From the NCBI GenBank assembly GCA_900318765.1, contig ONLX01000015.1, forward strand, positions 5,955 through 69,954: 64,000 bases of DNA, given 5' to 3'. The notes beneath the pieces are model-generated. The model was not told the DNA's origin. It did not search any database and worked only from the letters and a program-made list of their open reading frames with translations. This DNA comes from an uncultured Eubacteriales bacterium (GTDB taxonomy: Bacteria > Bacillota > Clostridia > Christensenellales > CAG-138). Shown here in pieces: positions 56,657-64,000 of this stretch. The first letter of the stretch is position 1. The number at the start of each line of letters is the position of its first letter. Position numbers and translations under genes: made by a program.

Positions 56657-58324
56657 TTGATAGTACATACCGTTGACGGCGACTTGCTGAGAAATCTGTT
56701 TCTCGGGGGTGCAGCCAATCTGGAACTGAATCGTTCTTATGTCGATTCTTTGAACGTTTTTCCGGTGCCGGACGGCGATACCGGTACGAATATGTCGATG
56801 ACCATGCAGGGCGCTGTAAAAGAGCTCGCTTCCGTTCCGAACGGAGCATCGGTCAGTACGGTAATGGATGCTGTATCCATCGGCGCATTGAAAAATGCAC
56901 GCGGCAATTCCGGTGTGATCCTTTCGCAGCTGTTCCGCGGCTTTGCGTCGTCGCTCAAAGGCGCTAAAGAGTTTACGGCTGCGGACTTTGCGAATGCGCT
57001 GGAAGCAGGCTCCAATAAAGCCTATAAAGCCGTTATGCGCCCCAAAGAGGGTACGATTCTGACCGTTTCCCGTTTGATCGCGGAAGCATGCAAGCAGAAG
57101 GCGGAGGAGACGCCCGAGCTGAGCTTTGATCAGCTGATGGAAGCCATTCTCGTTTCCGGAGAAGCCGCGTTGGAAAAGACGCCTGATTTGCTTCCGGTTC
57201 TGAAGGAAGCCGGCGTGGTAGACAGCGGCGGCATGGGCCTTCTGTGCGTTTATCGCGGATTTATGGCGGTTTTGAACGGAGAAGAGATATCCTCAGCCGA
57301 ACAACCCGTAGAAAAGGAAGAGAAGACGTTCCTAGCAGAGGAGCAGGGAAACAGCGCCGATTTTGAATCGATCAGCACAGAAGAAATCGAGTTCGGCTAT
57401 TGCTCCGAGTTCTTCATCATTCATCTGAAGGAAGGCTTCGGAGAAAATGATCTGGATCAGATTCGCGAGTATTACAACAACATCGGCGATTCGCTTGTGC
57501 TTGCGCATGGTGATGATTTTGTCAAAGTACATGTGCATTCCAATTGCCCGGGCAACGTACTGCAGTTCGCATTGCAGTTCGGCGAACTGGATAAGCTCAA
57601 GATAGAGAATATGCGTGAACAGAACCGTCAGTTGCTTGCCAGCCGTCAGAAGAGCGAGAAGGAATATGCAATCTTAGCCGTCTCGGCAGGGGTCGGTATC
57701 GATGAAGTTTTCCATAACATCGGTGTGGAACAGCTGATCTCCGGCGGACAAACGATGAACCCGAGCATCGATACGATCGTGAATGCGGTCAAATCCTGCA
57801 ACGCACGCAATGTGTTCGTTCTGCCGAACAATTCCAATATCATCCTTGCCGCTCAGCAGGCAATGGAGCTTTGCACCTGCAATGTTGTCGTTCTGCCGAC
57901 GAAGACGATTCCGCAGGGCATCACCGCGGCGATGGCGTTCAATCCCGACGCTTCGTTGGAAGAGAATACTTCCGCCATGGAGGATTCGATCGGTTCCGTT
58001 GTTTCGGGCGCTGTCACATATGCGATCCGCGATACCAGCTTCAACGGAAATCAGATTCACGAAGGTGATATCATCGGTTTGATGGACAATGAGATCGTTT
58101 CCGTCAAGACCAATATCGATGAAACCGTTCGCGATTTGATCGATCGTATGGTGGAAAAAAGCGGAATCGATGATCCGATCGTCAACCTCTACTACGGCGA
58201 TCAGGTGGAGAGCGAGCGAGCCGAAGCCTTGGTGGAATTGCTCGAGGCGCTTCGACCGGACAGCGAGTTTATTCTCACGCCGGGTGAACAGCCGCTCTAT
58301 TACTACTATCTGTCCGTTGAGTAA
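56657..58324 (+). CDS. yloV: DAK2-domain fatty-acid-kinase-related protein (YloV family)
   Basis: N-terminal Dak2 domain (LNVFPVPDGDTGTNM, GNSGVILSQ) and a C-terminal DegV-like/DUF domain. TTG start 8 nt after CGGAGG. Confidence 0.88.
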   Translation: MIVHTVDGDLLRNLFLGGAANLELNRSYVDSLNVFPVPDGDTGTNMSMTMQGAVKELASVPNGASVSTVMDAVSIGALKNARGNSGVILSQLFRGFASSLKGAKEFTAADFANALEAGSNKAYKAVMRPKEGTILTVSRLIAEACKQKAEETPELSFDQLMEAILVSGEAALEKTPDLLPVLKEAGVVDSGGMGLLCVYRGFMAVLNGEEISSAEQPVEKEEKTFLAEEQGNSADFESISTEEIEFGYCSEFFIIHLKEGFGENDLDQIREYYNNIGDSLVLAHGDDFVKVHVHSNCPGNVLQFALQFGELDKLKIENMREQNRQLLASRQKSEKEYAILAVSAGVGIDEVFHNIGVEQLISGGQTMNPSIDTIVNAVKSCNARNVFVLPNNSNIILAAQQAMELCTCNVVVLPTKTIPQGITAAMAFNPDASLEENTSAMEDSIGSVVSGAVTYAIRDTSFNGNQIHEGDIIGLMDNEIVSVKTNIDETVRDLIDRMVEKSGIDDPIVNLYYGDQVESERAEALVELLEALRPDSEFILTPGEQPLYYYYLSVE

Positions 58325-58330
58325 TCTTTC

Positions 58331-58355
58331 AGAGCCGCATTTGCGGCTCTTTTTT
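58331..58355 (+). terminator. Rho-independent terminator-like hairpin between yloV and recG
   Basis: An 8 bp stem, AGAGCCGC / GCGGCTCT, with a 4 nt loop, followed by TTTTT. The recG ATG follows 11 nt later. Confidence 0.7.
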
Positions 58356-58365
58356 ACCGGAATCC

Positions 58366-60357
58366 ATGCAATTATCCGATCTGAAAGGGTTCGGGCCGAA
58401 ACGGCTTGCACTCCTGAAACAATTGCATATCGAAACCTGTGCGGACCTGATCCGAACCTATCCGCATTCCTATCTGGATTTTTCATCGACGACAACGATT
58501 CAATCCGCACCGCTCGATGAACCGGTGACGCTGCGGGTACGCGTGGTTTCCGATCCGTCGGTTTGGTATACGAAAGGGAAGCCGGTTGTCACAATGCGTG
58601 TCAGCGACGGAACCGGAACACTTTTGATCCGGTTTATGAATCAGCCGTTTCGCGCTTCCCAATACGGAATCGGATCCGTCTTGTTCGTTCATGGAAAAAT
58701 CACCAACCGACATGGCAAAGTTCTGTATAATCCACGAACAGAATCGGAAGAACGCGGTATTGTTCCAATTTACGATCTCCCGAAAGGTCTGACGCAAACG
58801 GTCTTTCGGGAAGCAGTTCGAACCGTCCTCGAGCAAACGACTTTGCTCGATCCGCTGCCGGAATCTCTGTTGAAACAGGAAGCGTTGATGCCGCTTTCTG
58901 AAACGCTGTCGGAGCTCCATTTTCCGACTGAGCAAAGCCGGCTGCAAAGAGCAAAATTTCGGATTTTGTTTGAAGATGCTTTTTTCTATTTCCTTGCGGT
59001 GAAAGCGTTTCGCGAATCTTCGCGCGTGCAAAACGGGTACGCGTTTCCCACCGAAGGCGTTTTGGATTCGTTTTTGGATACGATTCCCTATCAGCCGACG
59101 GGCGCGCAGCTTCGCGTTTTGAAGGAAGTAGAAGCGGACATGCGGCTTCCGATCCCGATGAACCGTCTGATTCAGGGCGATGTCGGATCGGGGAAGACTA
59201 CAATTGCCGAATATGCCTTGCTTGTTGCGGTATCATCAGGTAAGCAGGGCGTCTTGCTTGCCCCGACCGAAATTCTGGCGGAACAGCATTACCAAAAGAT
59301 CCGTCGGCTGTTCGGCGATGCATCCCTTCTCTATACCGGGAGCATGAAATCGAAAGATCAAGCGGATGCGCTGCTTCGAATCCGAAGCGGTCAGGCTAAG
59401 GTCATTGTCGGTACCCATGCGCTCCTGTCCGACCGCGTTTTGTTTTCGGATCTCGGACTGCTGATTACCGATGAGCAACACCGATTCGGCGTTGAACAGC
59501 GTGCCAAAATGGAAGCGAAGGGCATCCGTCCGGACGTTCTTGTCATGTCGGCCACACCGATTCCGAGAACGCTTGCATTGCTCCTGTATGCCGATCTTTC
59601 CCTTTCCGTGATTGACGAAATGCCGCTCGGCCGTACCCCTGTGCAAACAAGCTTTGTTCCCGATACGCGGCGCCTTGCGATGTATCGCTATGTGCGCGAC
59701 CGCGTGAAGCAGAACGACGAACGAGCTTTTGTCGTTTGCCCCTTGATCGAGAAAACGGATCATTATGAGAATCTCTCGGCGGAGGAGATTTTTTCGGAGC
59801 TGAACCGTCTGCTGCCCGATTGTCCGATCGGTCTCTTACACGGCCGGATGAAGGAGGAAGAGAAGCGGGACGTCATGGAACGGTTCCGCAGCGGGAGGAT
59901 CCGAATTCTGGTCAGCACGACTGTGATCGAAGTCGGCGTCGATATTCCGGAAGCGACCTATATGATTGTTGAGGGATGTGACCATTATGGACTTGCAACG
60001 CTTCATCAGCTGCGCGGAAGGGTCGGCCGAAGCGATCGACCTTCGTTTTGTTACCTGCTTTGCTCGGATCCTTCCGAACAGGCAAGGGAGCGGATCCGGA
60101 TCATGCTGCAGTCGAACGACGGATTTGAGCTTGCAAAAAAGGATATGGATCTTCGCGGATACGGAGATTTATTCGGTGTCCGACAGAGCGGGGAAGGGAT
60201 GCTCTCGCGGTTTCTGCGGTCCTGCAGCGTAGACTTAATCGAGAAGGCTTCGAATGCCGCAGAATCCGTTTTGACGACGCCGTCGCTGCAGAACAACGAA
60301 TTGATTCGTTACGCATTCGATCAGTATGCCGGGGATACACAAATCGCACGAAATTAA
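58366..60357 (+). CDS. recG: ATP-dependent DNA helicase RecG
   Basis: Wedge domain, then SF2 motifs GDVGSGKT, DEQHRFG and SATPIPRT, with LHQLRGRVGR in the C-terminal part. Confidence 0.96.
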   Translation: MQLSDLKGFGPKRLALLKQLHIETCADLIRTYPHSYLDFSSTTTIQSAPLDEPVTLRVRVVSDPSVWYTKGKPVVTMRVSDGTGTLLIRFMNQPFRASQYGIGSVLFVHGKITNRHGKVLYNPRTESEERGIVPIYDLPKGLTQTVFREAVRTVLEQTTLLDPLPESLLKQEALMPLSETLSELHFPTEQSRLQRAKFRILFEDAFFYFLAVKAFRESSRVQNGYAFPTEGVLDSFLDTIPYQPTGAQLRVLKEVEADMRLPIPMNRLIQGDVGSGKTTIAEYALLVAVSSGKQGVLLAPTEILAEQHYQKIRRLFGDASLLYTGSMKSKDQADALLRIRSGQAKVIVGTHALLSDRVLFSDLGLLITDEQHRFGVEQRAKMEAKGIRPDVLVMSATPIPRTLALLLYADLSLSVIDEMPLGRTPVQTSFVPDTRRLAMYRYVRDRVKQNDERAFVVCPLIEKTDHYENLSAEEIFSELNRLLPDCPIGLLHGRMKEEEKRDVMERFRSGRIRILVSTTVIEVGVDIPEATYMIVEGCDHYGLATLHQLRGRVGRSDRPSFCYLLCSDPSEQARERIRIMLQSNDGFELAKKDMDLRGYGDLFGVRQSGEGMLSRFLRSCSVDLIEKASNAAESVLTTPSLQNNELIRYAFDQYAGDTQIARN

Positions 60358-60385
60358 AAAAATCGCCGAATTCGGCGATTTTTTA
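60356..60385. terminator. Bidirectional terminator shared by recG and the convergent SASP gene
   Basis: The palindrome AAAAAATCGCCGAATTCGGCGATTTTTT has an A tract on the left and a T tract on the right. Confidence 0.85.
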
Positions 60386-60446
60386 TCGATCGATTCATCT
60401 ATCTGATCATGGAGAAGAATCAACCATGTATTTTTTTCGTTGGTTC

Positions 60447-60644
60447 TTATTTGATGTTCTTCTCGGCGTACTCGATCATACGCTTGACCATCTCACCGCC
60501 GATGCTGCCTGCTTCACGCGAAGTAAGCTCACCGTTTTCACCGGAGCTCAGATTGATATTCAGCGAGGAAGCGACCTCCGCCTTCAGGTTTTCGAGATTG
60601 CTCTTGTTGCTGCTTTCGTTGTTGTTATTCTTCTTAGTTGCCAT
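60447..60644 (-). CDS. Alpha/beta-type small acid-soluble spore protein
   Basis: ATG at 60644 follows AAGGAGGTG. The 65 aa product has LENLKAEVASSLNINL and the C-terminal LTSREAGSIGGEMVKRMIEYAEK, which is the SASP alpha/beta signature region. Confidence 0.88.
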   Translation of the reverse strand: MATKKNNNNESSNKSNLENLKAEVASSLNINLSSGENGELTSREAGSIGGEMVKRMIEYAEKNIK

Positions 60645-60674
60645 TTGTTTCACCTCCTTATTGGTTGATGGTCT

Positions 60675-60704
60675 TATGATGCCCGATCGAAGTCTATAGT
60701 ATCC
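60675..60704 (-). promoter_or_regulatory. Candidate forespore (SigG/SigF-type) promoter for the SASP gene
   Basis: On the minus strand: GGATA (60704-60700), an 18 nt spacer, then CATCATA (60681-60675). Compare the SigG consensus GHATR-17/18-CATNNTA; the second base of the -35 deviates. Confidence 0.4.
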
Positions 60705-60737
60705 CATCCAATTTTTGCATTTGTGAGAAAGTCCATC

Positions 60738-60766
60738 TTGTCTCAAGCTCCTTTTTGTTGTATAAT
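60738..60766 (+). promoter_or_regulatory. SigA-type promoter upstream of miaB
   Basis: TTGTCT (60738-60743), a 17 nt spacer, then TATAAT (60761-60766). Confidence 0.5.
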
Positions 60767-60792
60767 AAATTGATTTTTTATGGAGATAGGGT

Positions 60793-62199
60793 ATGACAAA
60801 TTCGAAATATATTCCGGAAGAAGAGATTCAGCGTCAGATGACGCTCTGCGATGCGTTGTATAAGGAGATTCATCCACGTCATTTAACGTTTTTTGTGGAA
60901 ACGTTTGGCTGTCAGATGAACGTGCGCGACAGCGAGACGATCAAGGGCATCCTTTTTCGTGCCGGCTATTCCGAGAGCGAATCGAAAGAAACTGCTGATC
61001 TGATTTTGTTCAACACCTGCTGCGTACGCGATCATGCCGAAAAGCGCTTGATGGGCAATATCGGCGCGCTTCGCGAACAGAAGGAAGCCAACCCGGCATT
61101 GATTGTCGGAATCTGCGGCTGTATGATGCAGCAGGAAGGAATGGCAAAAAAGATTCTGAAACGGTTTCCGCATGTCAGCCTTGTATTTGGAACCAATGTC
61201 GTGTTCCGGCTTCCGCAAATGTTGGCAGCCGTTCTCGGAGGGGAACGTGTTGCGTTGACGAATGAAGAGGATTTTGCAATCGCCGAAGGCTTGCCGCAGC
61301 TCAGGGATAACGTTCGAAGTGCGTTTGTGAACATAACGTTTGGCTGCAACAACTACTGTACCTATTGCATCGTACCGTTTGTCCGCGGAAGAGAGCGCAG
61401 CAGAAGCATGGCCGATATTCGAACCGAAGTGGAAGCGCTCTGCGCAAACGGAATTACGGAGATTACGCTCCTCGGGCAAAACGTCAATTCCTATGCGAAC
61501 GATCTTGAAGAAGGTTCCTTTGCCGAGCTTCTGACGCTTTTGAATGACGTTTCGAACCTGAAACGACTTCGCTTCATGTCCTCCCATCCGAAGGATCTGA
61601 ATGACGATGTGATTATGGCAATCGCATCGAATAGCCACGTTTGTCATCATGTGCATCTGCCGGTTCAGTCCGGAAACGATACCATTCTGAAGCGCATGAA
61701 CCGTAAGTACACGCGCGCGCAATATTTGGAGATCATTCGAAAACTGCGTGCTGCGGTACCGGATATAGAATTCACGACCGATATTATTGTCGGCTTCCCC
61801 GGAGAGACGGAGGAAATGTTCCGGGATACGCTATCTCTTGTAGAGGAAGTCGGTTTTGCTGCCGCGTTTACTTTTGCTTATTCGCCACGTGTCGGAACCG
61901 CTGCCGCGGCTATGCACGATCAGGTTCCGGAGGAGGTCAAAAAACGGCGCTTGCAGGAACTGAATGCATTGCAGGTGAGAAAGACCGTGGAAAACAATGC
62001 GAAATACATCGGCTACGAAGGCGAAGTATTGATCGAAGGGTGCGACGTCCGGACCGATGAAACGCTTCTTTACGGGAAGTATCCGAATATCAAGATGGTC
62101 TATTTCCCGGGAAATCCAGATAGGGTCAATACATACGCTAAGGTTCGTGTTCTGCGGCCGAGCAAGAATTCTTTGATCGGAGAAGAAATCGATGGGTGA
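60793..62199 (+). CDS. miaB: tRNA-2-methylthio-N6-dimethylallyladenosine synthase MiaB
   Basis: UPF0004 domain (FVETFGCQMN), radical SAM CNNYCTYCIVP and a C-terminal TRAM domain. Confidence 0.95.
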   Translation: MTNSKYIPEEEIQRQMTLCDALYKEIHPRHLTFFVETFGCQMNVRDSETIKGILFRAGYSESESKETADLILFNTCCVRDHAEKRLMGNIGALREQKEANPALIVGICGCMMQQEGMAKKILKRFPHVSLVFGTNVVFRLPQMLAAVLGGERVALTNEEDFAIAEGLPQLRDNVRSAFVNITFGCNNYCTYCIVPFVRGRERSRSMADIRTEVEALCANGITEITLLGQNVNSYANDLEEGSFAELLTLLNDVSNLKRLRFMSSHPKDLNDDVIMAIASNSHVCHHVHLPVQSGNDTILKRMNRKYTRAQYLEIIRKLRAAVPDIEFTTDIIVGFPGETEEMFRDTLSLVEEVGFAAAFTFAYSPRVGTAAAAMHDQVPEEVKKRRLQELNALQVRKTVENNAKYIGYEGEVLIEGCDVRTDETLLYGKYPNIKMVYFPGNPDRVNTYAKVRVLRPSKNSLIGEEIDG

Positions 62200-62533
62200 A
62201 TTGAAAGACTATCTGACGTTGTTTCAGCTTGTGAAAAAAGACGAAAAGCTGATGCAGCTGATGACCGAATATGAAACTGACGCGAACCGACTTCAGGCTC
62301 TGTTGAACGATCCCGATTACGATGCAGCCGAAGCGATCCGATTGACCAACGATCTGGAATACCTGTCCGACGAGATTCAAAGAGTTCCGCTCTATCATGC
62401 GTTTGCCGAGGCCAAAGCCAAGCTGGATCAATCCGTTTCCGAACGCGCTTCGACTCTGCATCTTTCCGGCTGTAACTGTGCCGCCTGCCAAAAGGCAAGA
62501 ACATCCCGCAAACCGTACGGAGAATCGAAATGA
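62192..62533 (+). CDS. ricA: YmcA/YlbF-family (RicA-like) protein with a C-terminal Cys cluster
   Basis: A helical 113 aa protein ending in GCNCAACQKAR. It occupies the slot between miaB and mutS that ymcA (ricA) holds after ymcB (miaB) in B. subtilis. It overlaps both neighbouring genes. Confidence 0.6.
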   Translation: MGELKDYLTLFQLVKKDEKLMQLMTEYETDANRLQALLNDPDYDAAEAIRLTNDLEYLSDEIQRVPLYHAFAEAKAKLDQSVSERASTLHLSGCNCAACQKARTSRKPYGESK

Positions 62534-64000
62534 ATCAGAAACTTTCGCCGATGATGCAGCATTATTTGTCGGTCAAACAGCAGTATCCGGACTGTTTTCT
62601 GTTTTACCGCCTCGGAGACTTCTATGAAATGTTCTTCGATGATGCTGTCGAAGGCTCCAAAATCCTGGAATTGACATTGACCGGCCGCGATTGCGGCTTG
62701 GACGAGCGCGCTCCGATGTGCGGCGTCCCGTATCATGCAGTCGATACGTACATCAATAAAATGATCCATGCGGGGCACAAAGTCGCCATCTGCGAGCAGA
62801 TGGAGGATCCTGCACTGGCAAAAGGGCTTGTAGAACGCAGCGTTATTCGCGTGATCACACCGGGCACGGTCATCGAGGAGAACATTCTTGACGCCAACAA
62901 AAACAATTACCTCGTAGCCGTCAACTCTACCAAAACGGGCATCGGCTATGCGTATTGCGATATCTCCGTCGGTTCGTTCGTAGCATGCGAGCTTTACGGC
63001 GGTCATGCGGAAACGGATCTATTTGATGAACTCAATCGACTGAATCCGACCGAGATTCTTGCCAACGAATCGTTATTTGAGAACACGCTTTTGGCAAAGC
63101 AGATCCAAAGCGCGTTTTATCTGGAACGGATGCCGGATGTTCGGTTTCTCGCAGGGCAAAGTGCCGAACGCTTGAAGAAGCATTTTCAGGTCGCTTCGCT
63201 CGTGGGCTTCGGACTTGAAGGAAAGAATCTTGCGATCGGCGCGTGCGGTGCGCTGCTGCAATATTTGGAGGAGACTCAGAAGAATTCGCTTTCCCATTTG
63301 CACGGGATCCGATTTCTGTCGCGAGCCGGGTATATGCAGCTCGATGTCGCCACACGCCGGAATTTGGAACTGACGATGCCGCTTCGCTTTGATGGAAACC
63401 CGAAGGAAACGCTGTTGTATCTTTTGGATGCCACAAAGACGAAAATGGGTTCGCGTATGCTGCGTACGTGGATTGATTGTCCGCTGCAGCAAAAGGAAGC
63501 GATCGATCGCCGATTGGACGCCGTATCAGCCTTCTTTTCGGATATGCGTACGCGGCGCTCGCTGCGCAGCTTTCTCGATGAGATTTATGATATCGAACGG
63601 TTGACGAGTAAGATCGCATACGGTTCCATCAACGGACGGGATTGTGTTGCCCTTGCAAATTCGTTGCGGCAGATCGTTCCGATCTGCATGCTGCTCGGGG
63701 GAATCCCTGCCGAAGCGATCGACGAGATTTGCCGGAATCTGGATCCGATGGAGGATGTTGTCTCCCTGATCGATTCCGCAATTGCGCCGAATCCGCCCGT
63801 CAACATCAAAGACGGCGGGCTGATCCGCCCGGGATACAATGCCGAGGTCGATGAATTGCGATCGATTTCTTCGGACAGCAAACGTTGGCTTGAAGAGCTC
63901 GTTGCGCGTGAGCGCGAATCGACCGGAATCAAGACGCTTCGGATCGGGTTCAACCGCGTGTTTGGCTATTATCTGGAAGTAACCAAATCTTTAACGCATC
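62530..64000 (+). CDS. mutS: DNA mismatch repair protein MutS; 3' end lies outside the window
   Basis: My own translation from ATG 62530 gives MNQKLSPMMQHYLSVKQQYPDCFLFYRLGDFYEMFFDDAVEGSKILELTLTGRD...APMCGVPYHAV, a canonical MutS domain I. The frame is open to the window end, so the ORF is absent from the supplied track. Confidence 0.95.
   Translation, partial: MNQKLSPMMQHYLSVKQQYPDCFLFYRLGDFYEMFFDDAVEGSKILELTLTGRDCGLDERAPMCGVPYHAVDTYINKMIHAGHKVAICEQMEDPALAKGLVERSVIRVITPGTVIEENILDANKNNYLVAVNSTKTGIGYAYCDISVGSFVACELYGGHAETDLFDELNRLNPTEILANESLFENTLLAKQIQSAFYLERMPDVRFLAGQSAERLKKHFQVASLVGFGLEGKNLAIGACGALLQYLEETQKNSLSHLHGIRFLSRAGYMQLDVATRRNLELTMPLRFDGNPKETLLYLLDATKTKMGSRMLRTWIDCPLQQKEAIDRRLDAVSAFFSDMRTRRSLRSFLDEIYDIERLTSKIAYGSINGRDCVALANSLRQIVPICMLLGGIPAEAIDEICRNLDPMEDVVSLIDSAIAPNPPVNIKDGGLIRPGYNAEVDELRSISSDSKRWLEELVARERESTGIKTLRIGFNRVFGYYLEVTKSLTH

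Noticed and set aside
60409-60699. A 96 aa plus-strand ORF opposite the SASP gene.
   Set aside because: The minus-strand reading has a strong RBS and the SASP signature. The plus-strand product is a low-complexity Leu/Ser/Phe shadow.
1-64000. A search for tRNA, rRNA, tmRNA, SRP RNA or RNase P genes, CRISPR arrays, IS elements, integrases and phage or defence genes.
   Set aside because: No intergenic gap exceeds about 200 nt, and all gaps are accounted for by promoters and terminators. No ORF shows transposase, integrase, recombinase, nuclease-NTPase or reverse-transcriptase motifs.

Overview
This 64 kb window looks like core chromosome from a Gram-positive, spore-forming Firmicute of clostridial type. 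The evidence is an alpha/beta-type SASP gene, Bacillus/Clostridium-style gene order, GGAGG ribosome-binding sites and TTGNNN-17-TATAAT promoters. Most of it consists of conserved housekeeping blocks: oadB-oadA-pgsA; rimP-nusA-ylxR-ylxQ-infB-rbfA-nrnA-truB; ylxM-ffh-rpsP-khpA-rimM-trmD; rplS; rbgA-rnhB-yraN; comM-dprA-topA-trmFO-hslVU; rnj-ylbF-mltG; a BMP/CUT2 nucleoside-type ABC importer; cysS; lepA-hemW; an M24 peptidase with efp; uvrC-maf-xth; yebC; asp23-DAK2-recG; and miaB-ricA-mutS. I found no tRNA or rRNA genes, CRISPR arrays, transposases, integrases or recognisable defence genes. The stretches that deserve a second look are few. (1) A translationally coupled three-gene module at 15642-20615 encodes two large GT-C glycosyltransferases, each with an extracytoplasmic lectin-like domain, plus a GtrA-family protein. 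It sits between yraN and comM, and no lipid-sugar synthase gene is visible. (2) A membrane-anchored cohesin-like protein has Pro/Thr linkers interrupted by a run of ten Asp. (3) A NagB-family protein has all three canonical catalytic residues substituted and is coupled to an alpha/beta hydrolase. (4) There are two YlbF/YmcA (Ric) family paralogs, a very acidic zinc-ribbon protein, an orphan DUF2877-like gene and a Crp-led ABC operon. I see no clear-cut new system. The glycosylation module is the best candidate, and its function and targets are inferred, not demonstrated. Many long ORFs in the supplied track are antisense or alternate-frame shadows of real genes.
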